The notes under the pieces: model-generated
What the model was told of the DNA's origin: nothing
Seen by the model: only the letters and a program-made list of their open reading frames with translations
Databases searched by the model: none
In this document: positions 50,104 to 59,289 of the stretch, piece after piece
How the letters are laid out: every line of letters starts with the position of its first letter
Numbering within the stretch: position 1 is the stretch's first letter
Sequence record: DRR378314_807
DNA: 64,000 nucleotides
Reading direction: 5' to 3' (one strand)
Program-made: the position numbers and the translations under genes

Positions 50104-50147
50104 ATTAAATGTTTCTTAAGGCTTACTTAAGAATGCGCTGCTAGTTT
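50104..50147 (+). promoter_or_regulatory. PmrA/QseB/BqsR-type boxes and -10 between dgkA and the LTA-synthase-family gene
   Basis: ATTAAA-TGTTT-CTTAAG-GCTTA-CTTAAG (50104-50131), 10 bp, TAGTTT (50142-50147). Confidence 0.78.
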
Positions 50148-50187
50148 GCCTTTTATTAAGCAGCAACAAAGAACTAGTAAAATATTT

Positions 50188-52158
50188 ATGATCAAACCAA
50201 TTTTACCAATTGCAGAATTATTGCGGCCAATATTTCTTTTCTTTGTTTCTGCGCTCGCTCTGCTTAGTGGATTCCGCTTTCTTCACTTCTCTCTGTACAG
50301 CAACCGTGTCAGCGAAGCTATAGGGTTAGGAGAGTTTTTCATTCTGGGCTTACGAGCCGATCTTATGCAAGTAAGCTATTTTATTGTTATTCCACTTCTT
50401 GCGTTCCCACTTTTCATTCCTTTTATGAACCGATATCGAGCCCAGAGTCTCTGGTATCGAGTCTCTTTATTGTGGTTTACATTATGCTTCATCATTTTAT
50501 GGTTTATGGAAATCTCAACACCGGCTTTTTTGGCTCAGTACGACACTAGGCCCAATCGCCTATTCTTTGAATACCTAGAGTATCCCGCCGAAGTATTTTC
50601 CACACTATGGAACGGATTCAAAACTTGGTTAATGATAGGTGCGGCTTCTACTTTACTAACCATATACATTTTAAAGCGCATAGCCCGTATTATTGCTCAA
50701 CGATTTCAACCAGAACCAATGCGCCGTCGGTATTTTTTGGGTGTTTACCCTCTTCTTCTAGTGATGGTAGTACTCGGCATCCGTTCAACACTAGCGCATC
50801 GCCCGGCTAACCCAGCATTTTTCGCGGTTACCTCTGATGCCATGGTCAATTCATTGATTCTGAATTCCACTTATACCTTAGAGTATGCACTTTACAATTT
50901 AAAACACGAATCAAAAGCAAATCTTATATATGGTGATATGAAAACCGATGAAGTTTTAACAACAGTTAAGCAGAACACTCACCTTAAAGAATATGAATTT
51001 CCTTATAAAGACTACCCCACAGTACACTTTCAGCCTGCGACACGGAAAAGAGAAAAGCCTCTTAATATTGTCATTATTTTAGAAGAAAGCCTGGGTGCGA
51101 CATTTGTCGAATCACTTGGTGGCGTACCGGTAACACCTAATCTGGAGCGACTGAAATCAGATGGCTGGTGGTTTGAGCGGCTTTACGCAACAGGAACCCG
51201 TTCAGTACGCGGTATAGAGGCTGTTGTTTCAGGTTTTTTACCGACTAGAGCACGAAGCACCGTAAAACTTTCAAACTCACAGCGTCAGTTTTTTACACTT
51301 GCCGATGTTTTATCCCGGCGGGGTTATTTCACCGAGTTTATCTACGGCGGCGAGGCTCACTTTGACAATATGGCCAACTTTTTTGTCGGTAATGGCTTTC
51401 AATCGATTATCGATCAAGATGATTACAAAACACCGAATTTTACTGGGAGCTGGGGTGTTAGCGATGAAGATTTATTTAATAAACTACACCAGCGATTAGT
51501 AGCCAACACAGCTAAACACCCCACCTTCACCCTGGCTTTTAGCTCCTCTAATCACGAACCGTTTGAGTTCCCCGATAACACTATAAAGCTTCATGATGAG
51601 CCTAAAAATACCGTGAATAATGCGGTTAAATATGCGGATTACGCACTCGGAGAGTTCTTTAGAAAAGCCAGACAAAGTGACTACTGGGATAACACCTTAT
51701 TTTTGGTCGTGGCCGATCATGATACCCGGGTTTACGGTGACGACTTAATCCCTGTCAATAAATTCCACATACCAGGACTGATTTTAGGCGCAGATCTTGA
51801 ACCACGAACCATTAAGTCGACGGCAAGCCAAATTGATTTGGCTCCCACATTACTCTCTTTAGCAGGTATTTCCGCCTATTTGCCAACAGTAGGACAGGAT
51901 TTAAGCCGCACAGATAAAGCTCCCGAAAACCGGGCAATGATGCAGTTTGGCGACAACTACGGCTGGCTAGAGAACGGTCTTCTAACCGTGTTGCGAGTGA
52001 ATAAACCTGCCGAGCAGTATCATTACCTGCCCGAGCTCGATAAACAAAAATTCATAACAACACAGCTAAATCCCGAGCAACTAAAAAAAGTAAAAGCATT
52101 CGCTATGCTGCCATCTATTTTGTATCAATCGCGAGGATATTATGTTCCTAAAGATTAG
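50188..52158 (+). CDS. LTA synthase family / phosphoglycerol transferase (sulfatase fold)
   Basis: 5 N-terminal TM helices, NIVIILEESL, catalytic Thr in ATGTRS, SNHEPF, VADHD. ATG at 50188 preferred over the TTG at 50146, which overlaps the -10. Confidence 0.92.
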   Translation: MIKPILPIAELLRPIFLFFVSALALLSGFRFLHFSLYSNRVSEAIGLGEFFILGLRADLMQVSYFIVIPLLAFPLFIPFMNRYRAQSLWYRVSLLWFTLCFIILWFMEISTPAFLAQYDTRPNRLFFEYLEYPAEVFSTLWNGFKTWLMIGAASTLLTIYILKRIARIIAQRFQPEPMRRRYFLGVYPLLLVMVVLGIRSTLAHRPANPAFFAVTSDAMVNSLILNSTYTLEYALYNLKHESKANLIYGDMKTDEVLTTVKQNTHLKEYEFPYKDYPTVHFQPATRKREKPLNIVIILEESLGATFVESLGGVPVTPNLERLKSDGWWFERLYATGTRSVRGIEAVVSGFLPTRARSTVKLSNSQRQFFTLADVLSRRGYFTEFIYGGEAHFDNMANFFVGNGFQSIIDQDDYKTPNFTGSWGVSDEDLFNKLHQRLVANTAKHPTFTLAFSSSNHEPFEFPDNTIKLHDEPKNTVNNAVKYADYALGEFFRKARQSDYWDNTLFLVVADHDTRVYGDDLIPVNKFHIPGLILGADLEPRTIKSTASQIDLAPTLLSLAGISAYLPTVGQDLSRTDKAPENRAMMQFGDNYGWLENGLLTVLRVNKPAEQYHYLPELDKQKFITTQLNPEQLKKVKAFAMLPSILYQSRGYYVPKD

Positions 52159-52159
52159 A

Positions 52160-52408
52160 CTACTTCGGCGTACCAAACAGAATCTTGTCGGCTTGACCAG
52201 CTAACGCAATGATCATGGTCACAACCCAAACGCCCAGTATCCACCAAAAAGTTGGCCAGGACATCCATGCCAGGTCTAGAAACAGCAAGTCGAAAACCCA
52301 GACAATAAATGCCGCGAATAAAATCGAAGGCAGAAAGACAACAAAAAGAACGCAAAGGGCTAAAGGTATCGTGCCCAGAGTTTTCATCCAGTTTAATAAA
52401 GACGACAT
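52160..52408 (-). CDS. Small hypothetical membrane protein
   Basis: 82 aa, two long hydrophobic segments; fills the gap after the LTA synthase. Confidence 0.55.
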   Translation of the reverse strand: MSSLLNWMKTLGTIPLALCVLFVVFLPSILFAAFIVWVFDLLFLDLAWMSWPTFWWILGVWVVTMIIALAGQADKILFGTPK

Positions 52409-52410
52409 AG

Positions 52411-52470
52411 TGGCTTCAGTTTAGTGAGAATGGACTGAAGCTACCTTGAGTTGATAGAGATATCAACTCA
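52411..52470. repeat. Two tandem inverted repeats in a divergent intergenic region
   Basis: GCTTCAGT...ACTGAAGC within 52411-52443, and perfect TGAGTTGATA-GAGA-TATCAACTCA (52447-52470). Confidence 0.75.
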
Positions 52471-52522
52471 CCCCCGTGATTTCCCGGAAAAATCGACTAT
52501 TATTTGTTTTTAGGAGGCCTTT

Positions 52523-52759
52523 ATGACTCAAGAAGAAATCAATTCTCAGGAATGGCATGACGAAAGCAACTGGTCACGGCCTTTGTGGCTCGGCATATAC
52601 TTTAGCAAGAAAGATACGCGCAGCTGGGTGCCGAAATTTTATCCAATGCTTGGCTGGACAATTAATTTAGGACACCGGGCTGGAGCTGCATGGTTTATCG
52701 CTATTATTGCCGGGGCACTTGTCGCAGCATTTATTGCGGGGTGGCTAACAGCCAGCTAG
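52523..52759 (+). CDS. DUF5808-like small membrane protein
   Basis: GIYFSKKDTRSWVPK...GWTINLGH followed by a C-terminal TM helix; AGGAGG SD. Confidence 0.75.
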   Translation: MTQEEINSQEWHDESNWSRPLWLGIYFSKKDTRSWVPKFYPMLGWTINLGHRAGAAWFIAIIAGALVAAFIAGWLTAS

Positions 52760-52768
52760 CAGCCACCC
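52739..52768. terminator. Hairpin between convergent genes
   Basis: GGGTGGCT...AGCCACCC inverted repeat at the convergent junction. Confidence 0.45.
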
Positions 52769-52777
52769 CTTTGCCCT

Positions 52778-53068
52778 TTATTTTTTAAATTGCTGACTGG
52801 CCGATTTCAGCGCCGTTGATAAAGACTCTGTCGCCGACTCCAGTCCCTTACTAACGTCAGACCATGCGTCTTTGCTGGATTTCTTAACTTCTTCCAGCTT
52901 GGTTTCCGCATCATCTTTTAACGCTTCAAGCTCACTCACTTTCTCTTCATACTTAATTTCAGACTCCGCTTCCGACTGCTTTGCTTTGGCTTTTAAGCGG
53001 TCAATTTCAGCTTTCATTTCTTCTATTTTTGCTTCGTGCTTTTTCTCAAATGCGTCTTTGTTGTCCAT
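52778..53068 (-). CDS. Coiled-coil small protein (sll1863-like stress protein)
   Basis: Charged heptads, KIEEMKAEIDRLKAKA, AWSDVSKGLE; GGAGG SD. Confidence 0.75.
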   Translation of the reverse strand: MDNKDAFEKKHEAKIEEMKAEIDRLKAKAKQSEAESEIKYEEKVSELEALKDDAETKLEEVKKSSKDAWSDVSKGLESATESLSTALKSASQQFKK

Positions 53069-53240
53069 TTAAACCTCCAAGTTTTTACCGTTACTCAGTA
53101 ACTTAATTAAAATAAGCATGGTCAAAAGTCGTCTGGGAATCAAGCGGGCCTTGGTTCTCCTGTATGATTACTGTAAAGATGCTTGTCCGGTTTATGGTTT
53201 TCGGGTTTCATATTCGCATTACCCAATAGACAGGGATGTC

Positions 53241-54782
53241 ATGGCAAAAAGTAAAAAGAGCACGCCGGATCTTAGTGTAGCGACAGCCGTTGATCCGGTG
53301 CGCCTCACCACCGTTAAGCCGAGTTCCAGAGAGCTGGATTTTTCGTACTTTTATAACGGCAAGGTGGTTTACAGCTATTGTCACCAGTTTCCCTGGCGCT
53401 TTCAGCGTTTTCCTGAGCTGAACCCGGAAACGGTACAGGCCACCAGTTGGGGCATTCGGGACGAAAACTACGCCGTTATTGGTCAACAACTTATAAAAGT
53501 GAAGCCACGACGTTGCCGTCGTGTTGGTAAATACGCCCATTTTTATTTTTTAATTGATGATCAGGTTTTTAGCCCTAATGAGGTTGATGGTGAGCTGGCA
53601 CTGGAGCTTGTTCCCGACGCTGATGCCAGTTCATTTAAAGTTCATGATGAGCTCTACGCTGAAGATGCAAACGCCTACTACAGGCTGGGCGGACACCGAA
53701 TTGGCAGCAAAACAGAGGACTTTCCCGGAGTTTCCAGCCCCGACGACTTAACGTCACCGGCACCTAAACCTGCACAACAACCTAAGCCCGACACCTGGTT
53801 TCCTCAAATACCCGATGGCAGCTCTCTGGAGCGCTTTGAATGTATACAGCAATGGTTCGACACGGATTTTTCATTAAAATGGCAGCGACATCGCAGTGCG
53901 CCCCGTTTGTATCAGTTACTGAATTTCGGCCTGCAGCTGTGCTGTGAGATAAGCGAAGACACGAATATAACCATGGCAGATCGGGGCATCAGGCTTTATG
54001 AACGTTTTAAAGATTATGCGTGGTTAATGCCTGAGCTGGTACACAATGCCGCCTGCCTTTATGCCATTCAAAATAAAGCTGATCTTGTCGCTTCCTGCTG
54101 CGAAGAGGCACTGGGCTATCGCTACGAAAATTTCGACGCATTACTGGCTGACCCCGTTATTAAGGCGTGTCTCAGCGCAGAATTCCTGCAAAACATACAG
54201 CAGCGAGCCAACGCGCTTCAACCACACACCCCTTATATTTCTCTTGAGCTTATAGAAGCTTACGAAAAGGTAGCTGACGAAGCTAAAAACGACGCTGCAT
54301 TCAGCAAAATGCTGGAGCGCCACATTCTTTACACCTGGCTGTATTACAGTGCCGATGAGCTGCGTCATTTCACTGCTCAGGAAAAGGCCGATCAGGACTA
54401 CTGGAAAAAGCTGGATGAAAAAATCTACTGGTACATGCAGAACCTGATGTTACTGGATTTAAAATTTATGGTGATGCCGGACGTGCGCCAGCGTATTCAG
54501 TCTTTAATTGACGCATATTACCAGCATCCCTACCTGAATCCGGTAGCTATTGTCAGCGTGGCTCATGACTTATTTCGGATGTTTCACAGCGAGGCAAACT
54601 GGCAGGAGACTTTCCTTTCCGAAGAAGGGAAAAGACTACCTCCCAGTAAGAAAATGCTACAAAGCGAAGCCTTAATTAAGCTGTTTGAGAAACAGTTAAG
54701 CAAGCTGCCGGAGGCGCAGCAGCAACAGTATAAAGCGCAGGCGGAAACCTATTTTGCCTATCTTTTGATGAGTTCAAGCTAA
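53241..54782 (+). CDS. Hypothetical protein with a DKNYY-like repeat region and a TPR-like domain
   Basis: PDADASSFKVHDELYAEDANAYY resembles DKNYY repeats; HNAACLYAIQ...ALGYRY...LLADP resembles a terminal TPR. Likely start is the ATG at 53241. Confidence 0.7.
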   Translation: MAKSKKSTPDLSVATAVDPVRLTTVKPSSRELDFSYFYNGKVVYSYCHQFPWRFQRFPELNPETVQATSWGIRDENYAVIGQQLIKVKPRRCRRVGKYAHFYFLIDDQVFSPNEVDGELALELVPDADASSFKVHDELYAEDANAYYRLGGHRIGSKTEDFPGVSSPDDLTSPAPKPAQQPKPDTWFPQIPDGSSLERFECIQQWFDTDFSLKWQRHRSAPRLYQLLNFGLQLCCEISEDTNITMADRGIRLYERFKDYAWLMPELVHNAACLYAIQNKADLVASCCEEALGYRYENFDALLADPVIKACLSAEFLQNIQQRANALQPHTPYISLELIEAYEKVADEAKNDAAFSKMLERHILYTWLYYSADELRHFTAQEKADQDYWKKLDEKIYWYMQNLMLLDLKFMVMPDVRQRIQSLIDAYYQHPYLNPVAIVSVAHDLFRMFHSEANWQETFLSEEGKRLPPSKKMLQSEALIKLFEKQLSKLPEAQQQQYKAQAETYFAYLLMSSS

Positions 54783-54808
54783 TCAACTATCGGAATCATT
54801 TTTAGAAA

Positions 54809-56323
54809 ATGGCTAAAAAAAGCAGTTCGACACATCTAAAAGAAACGCTCTACGCGGTATTTTCACTTTCAGAGGATACCATTCGCGCCGGAGAAGAGCG
54901 TTTCGCCCAGTTAAATAAAGACGAAGTCAAAGCATTGGCGCAGCGCTGGTGTTTTGATGGACTGACATCCGACGGTTATCAGCCGGTATTTTCCGATGAA
55001 AACAAAATCATGTTAATTAACGCCATGGTTCACGGCACACTCGCAGAACGCAAAAAGATAGCACAAGAATTTAACTATCAGTCGAGCTACCTCTGTGGTC
55101 GTTTGTACCAGCTTGGAATGTTCGAGCTTTTTTATACCTGGGCGACTCAGCTGAACAATAAGAAGCTGCTGGAACAACTCAGTCCGGGCATCCTGAAATA
55201 TATGAACGATGAGCGCGCATGGCTGTATTACGAGGCACATCGAGACGATGAAGACTTCCACCTGCAGGTTCTGGACAGCCTGCTTGGACCGGCGTATCTC
55301 AACCTCTTCCGGTACCGAGACAAGTACCTTACCCTTTGGAAACACGTGGCGGATAAGTTTCAAACCGATGGATGGGGCTCGCATCTGCTGGTAGAAAAAA
55401 ACCTTGGACTGCGCCCTCCTGAGCCCGGCTACTTTTCCCTGCATTCGGTTGAACACCCCTGGAATTATTCCGATGCGCCCATTCGTGAGCTGCAGCAACT
55501 GGGTATCGATATTCAACTGGATGGCGAGATTGGCGAGCACTACCACCAGAGTAAAAGCGAAATGTTGGTGGGGCTTGTTTTAAACGGACAAAGGTTTGAT
55601 CGGTTGTTCTGTGGCCCTTTTTTACCAAACCCGGAGAACACCCGCCTGTATTGCTGCTTGTCAGACCCCTACTTCGGTCTGATGCTGGTTGAGATTGATT
55701 TAAACACCAACGAGATTTTCTATATCGATTCTTCTCCGACAATAAATGTGCCCATGGCCTACGAACATGACGGAGAAAAACTGACAGCTTATGACTGCTG
55801 GAACAACCTTAATCTGGCTTTAGACAAGCAAAAGGCAAAGTACTATTACATTCCGGAGCGGCTTAGAAGTGGACCGTTTAAAGCGCAATTTAAACAACTT
55901 ACAGCAACACAAGCCCCGGGATTTGAGCTTGAGAAAGGCGCAATTATTAGCGTCCGGAACTGGCACCATGGCTTTCCCGACGACTATTATCTGAAGTTCA
56001 TTCTGGGTACCTTTAGCCTGCCAAAAACCTATCCTCTGCGTATGTGTTTGTGCGCTGAGTCAGGCGAGATTTTTGCGCTTTATCACTGCGATACAGAAAG
56101 ACAATATTACCTGTTTGTGGTCAGCAAAAACCTCAATGACTTTATTGAGAGCATTCAGGTGTATCAATGCTTTATGGCTGAAGAGGGTTTTGCGAGCAGC
56201 CCACACGCTGAAACGGCTCAACTTTCTGCGGATCAGGTGAGTAAATTGCGAAGTCGCTTGTCACCTTTCTTACCTCCAGAGCCGGCTGAACGTAACTTTT
56301 GGCTCTGGTTGTTAACTCGATAA
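54809..56323 (+). CDS. Hypothetical protein with a possible C-terminal SUKH-4-like immunity domain
   Basis: 504-aa ORF; C-terminus GEIFAL...VVSKNLNDFIESI...LRSRL...NFW resembles SUKH-4 (by eye only). Confidence 0.65.
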   Translation: MAKKSSSTHLKETLYAVFSLSEDTIRAGEERFAQLNKDEVKALAQRWCFDGLTSDGYQPVFSDENKIMLINAMVHGTLAERKKIAQEFNYQSSYLCGRLYQLGMFELFYTWATQLNNKKLLEQLSPGILKYMNDERAWLYYEAHRDDEDFHLQVLDSLLGPAYLNLFRYRDKYLTLWKHVADKFQTDGWGSHLLVEKNLGLRPPEPGYFSLHSVEHPWNYSDAPIRELQQLGIDIQLDGEIGEHYHQSKSEMLVGLVLNGQRFDRLFCGPFLPNPENTRLYCCLSDPYFGLMLVEIDLNTNEIFYIDSSPTINVPMAYEHDGEKLTAYDCWNNLNLALDKQKAKYYYIPERLRSGPFKAQFKQLTATQAPGFELEKGAIISVRNWHHGFPDDYYLKFILGTFSLPKTYPLRMCLCAESGEIFALYHCDTERQYYLFVVSKNLNDFIESIQVYQCFMAEEGFASSPHAETAQLSADQVSKLRSRLSPFLPPEPAERNFWLWLLTR

Positions 56324-56378
56324 AGCCAGTAAATTACCGACTAACGGTTTTTTAGAGAACTTACTGCTCATTTTTCGC

Positions 56379-56405
56379 TCATGCTTTGTATTTTCCGCCC
56401 GATAT
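56379..56405 (+). promoter_or_regulatory. Possible sigma-28 (FliA) promoter for the chemoreceptor
   Basis: TCATGCTT-N11-CCCGATAT versus consensus TAAAGTTT-N11-GCCGATAA (5/8 and 6/8, exact spacing). Confidence 0.5.
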
Positions 56406-56443
56406 AAGTAGACGACCTTTATATCGGATGCCTGGATACTTTT

Positions 56444-58564
56444 ATGCAAACAGCGTCACTGCGTTTTAAACTTATATTTGGTGCCGCCTGCCTGCTTATA
56501 CTAAGCATGGGCTCACTGACACTGTACAGCTGGTACTCAATGAACCAGGCCGGGCAGAATGCTATTGAGCAAATTAGTGAGCCTCTGGAGGAGCAAGTAA
56601 CCGCATCTTTGAATGACACCGCGTTACGCTTTGCCGGCAATACTGAGGCTTTGCTAAACCGTAGCTTCGATATTCCCGCAGGGCTTGCGTCTATCATGCG
56701 CCATACGGCCGTGGGAAGTGAGGGAGAACCCTACACCCGTGACGAAGCGCAGTTTCTGGCAAGAAACTTACTACTCGCTCACCCTTCGGTTTCTTCCATA
56801 TATAATCAGTACGAACCCAATGGTTACGACGCTCTTGATAACGAGTACAGCTCCAGTGAGCCACATACATCGAATCAGGGAACCCTGGAAATTTATTGGG
56901 TGTCGGAAGGCGCAGATCAGGCTCGGTTTATTGAAACCGAAGACACTTCAGAGAAATACCTTACAAACTTAACTGAACAAGGTTTCCGCGAAGCTGAGTG
57001 GTACCTTTGTAGTCGTGATAGCTTAAAACCCTGCCTCATAGAGCCTTACTTATATGAGATCAGCCCCGGCGAAGAAATGCTGTTAACCTCACTGGTGTAT
57101 CCTGTTGTGGTTAATAACGAGTTTCGCGGTGTTGCGGGTGTAGACATTAACTTACCGGTATTGCAAAACCGTATTCAGCAGCAGTCTCAGGCGTTTTATC
57201 AGGGCAAGGCTAATATGTTTCTGGTCAGCAGCAACGGCTTCGTCGTCGCCAGTAACCAACACCCTGACCGTCTTGGTAAGTCGCTAGAGTCCATTAATGC
57301 CGATTTAGCTGAGCTTCTCGACAGTCCCGGCCAGTCAGAATTTAATGTCGCCGACAATATAGTGGTTAAACAGCCAGTTTACACCGAAGCCTCGGATACC
57401 ACCTGGTGGATCATTGTCTCCGTCCCCCGCGAATTGGCTTTCGCAACCGTTACTGAGCTGTCAGAGAGCCTTGAAGAAGACACTGCTTCGACAGTCTGGG
57501 GGCTATTAATGATTGCCGCATTACTACTAGCTGTTTTCGTCACTTTGGTCTTTTTCTGGGTTAGCGCATCGACTCGTCCACTGAACAACCTGAGTATGCT
57601 AATGAAAGAACTGGCCGGTGCCGAGGGTGACCTTACCCGACAATTAGAACGGACCTCGCACAGCGAATTAAACGATTTGGCCGATGGATTTAACTTATTT
57701 ACCGCCAAACTTCGCGATTTAGTCCGGGCTTTGAAAAAAGTGGCCGAAAACGTTGCGCTGGAAAGCCGGCATATGCTCGATAGCTCAAAGCAAGCGTCGA
57801 GCGCGACCGAAATACAGGCTGATCAAGTTCAGCAAGTGGCTACCGCCATGAACGAAATGACCGCAACAGCGAATCAGGTTGCATCATTAGCCAGTGACAC
57901 GGCACAGGGCGCAGAAGAGTCGAGCAAGTCTTTGACTAAAGCAAACGATCTGGTCAATCAAACTCTGTTGGCATTCCAGCAAGTGGCTGAGGAATTCGAC
58001 CAGGCGCGCCATCAGTTTACCGAAGTTGCTGCCCGCAGTGACGAAGTGACCGGCATTACGCAAACCATTGATGGCATTGCCGAACAAACCAACCTGCTGG
58101 CATTAAATGCCGCCATTGAAGCCGCCCGAGCAGGCGATCAGGGACGAGGGTTTGCCGTGGTTGCTGATGAGGTGAGAACTCTGGCACAACGTACCCGCCA
58201 GTCGACAGAAGAAATTAACGGCTTGATTCAGGGTCTGCAAAAGCAGGTTCAGGCAAGTGTTCAGCAAATGGAAAGCAGCGCGGTAAAAGTGACACAGACA
58301 CTTGAAGGTGCAAAACAAGCTTCAGAGCAGCTGAATTCAGCCACTGAGCAAGTACAGTCAATTAATGACAACGCGTTCCAGGTAGCCTCAGCCGCCGAAG
58401 AGCAGAATCAGGTAAGTGAAGAAATCAGTCGAAACATCAGCGCTATCAGTGACGCCACGCACGATTTAGAGAAATTGTCGGGCCAGATTACTCAGATTAG
58501 CAGCGCGCTGGATAACGCCTCAGGCGAAATGGAGGAGCAACTCAATGCACTTAAAAGCGATTAA
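56444..58564 (+). CDS. Methyl-accepting chemotaxis protein with dCache sensor
   Basis: TM-dCache (WYLC..EPY..GVAGVDI)-[40 protein letters not shown]. Confidence 0.96.
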   Translation: MQTASLRFKLIFGAACLLILSMGSLTLYSWYSMNQAGQNAIEQISEPLEEQVTASLNDTALRFAGNTEALLNRSFDIPAGLASIMRHTAVGSEGEPYTRDEAQFLARNLLLAHPSVSSIYNQYEPNGYDALDNEYSSSEPHTSNQGTLEIYWVSEGADQARFIETEDTSEKYLTNLTEQGFREAEWYLCSRDSLKPCLIEPYLYEISPGEEMLLTSLVYPVVVNNEFRGVAGVDINLPVLQNRIQQQSQAFYQGKANMFLVSSNGFVVASNQHPDRLGKSLESINADLAELLDSPGQSEFNVADNIVVKQPVYTEASDTTWWIIVSVPRELAFATVTELSESLEEDTASTVWGLLMIAALLLAVFVTLVFFWVSASTRPLNNLSMLMKELAGAEGDLTRQLERTSHSELNDLADGFNLFTAKLRDLVRALKKVAENVALESRHMLDSSKQASSATEIQADQVQQVATAMNEMTATANQVASLASDTAQGAEESSKSLTKANDLVNQTLLAFQQVAEEFDQARHQFTEVAARSDEVTGITQTIDGIAEQTNLLALNAAIEAARAGDQGRGFAVVADEVRTLAQRTRQSTEEINGLIQGLQKQVQASVQQMESSAVKVTQTLEGAKQASEQLNSATEQVQSINDNAFQVASAAEEQNQVSEEISRNISAISDATHDLEKLSGQITQISSALDNASGEMEEQLNALKSD

Positions 58565-59222
58565 TATAGCCCTGTTTACCGGTTTACTAATTAGTGGCAC
58601 AGCTCAGGCGTCCTGGGACTTAACCGCAACGGCAACCAGTGACTACCTGTTTAACGGGGTAACTCAGACTGACGGTGACCCGGCGCTACAGTTTATTGCC
58701 AATAAAAACTTTGAGAACGGCTGGTACGCCGGAGGCTTTGCTTCCAATGTCGATTTTGGCGACGACACCTGGCTGGAGCTGGATGCGTTTGGTGGCCGCT
58801 ACTGGCAAATTAATGATGAGATTGGCGTCGAGCTGGGCGCTTTATATTACAGTTATTATGGTGACGGCAGTGACATAAACTACGGAGAAACCACCGCAGC
58901 TGTTGATATCAGTGATTTTCGCTTTCAACTCTGGTACGCCTGGGATTACGCTGGCAGCGACGCCAAACATCTGGTTGCAGCCGTCTCTTATCAGGTATAC
59001 AGCGATGGCGAAAATGGTGTGAATGTAGGATTTAATCAGTCGCGCTCTTTGGACTCTGAAGATTTTCAGTGGGATACCCGAGACCACTACAACCATGCCT
59101 GGATAGCTTATGACAGAAACTGGCAGCAGTGGAACTTTATGGTTTCCTATAATCACACCACTTTAAGCAGTGACTGGGGTGGCGGTAATACTCTCGCAGC
59201 GAATGTGACTTACACGTTCTAA
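58545..59222 (+). CDS. TorF-family putative porin (TIGR02001-like)
   Basis: Signal peptide, [28 protein letters not shown], terminal YTF. Confidence 0.85.
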   Translation: MHLKAINIALFTGLLISGTAQASWDLTATATSDYLFNGVTQTDGDPALQFIANKNFENGWYAGGFASNVDFGDDTWLELDAFGGRYWQINDEIGVELGALYYSYYGDGSDINYGETTAAVDISDFRFQLWYAWDYAGSDAKHLVAAVSYQVYSDGENGVNVGFNQSRSLDSEDFQWDTRDHYNHAWIAYDRNWQQWNFMVSYNHTTLSSDWGGGNTLAANVTYTF

Positions 59223-59289
59223 GTTTTTATTGCCAACACTCAGGCTCTAACATAGGATTGCGCCACTAACATTTGTGGCCCTTTAAAAT

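Noticed and set aside
55013-55742. 177-aa and 137-aa minus-strand ORFs
   Set aside because: Fully antisense to the 504-aa gene, with no recognisable motifs.
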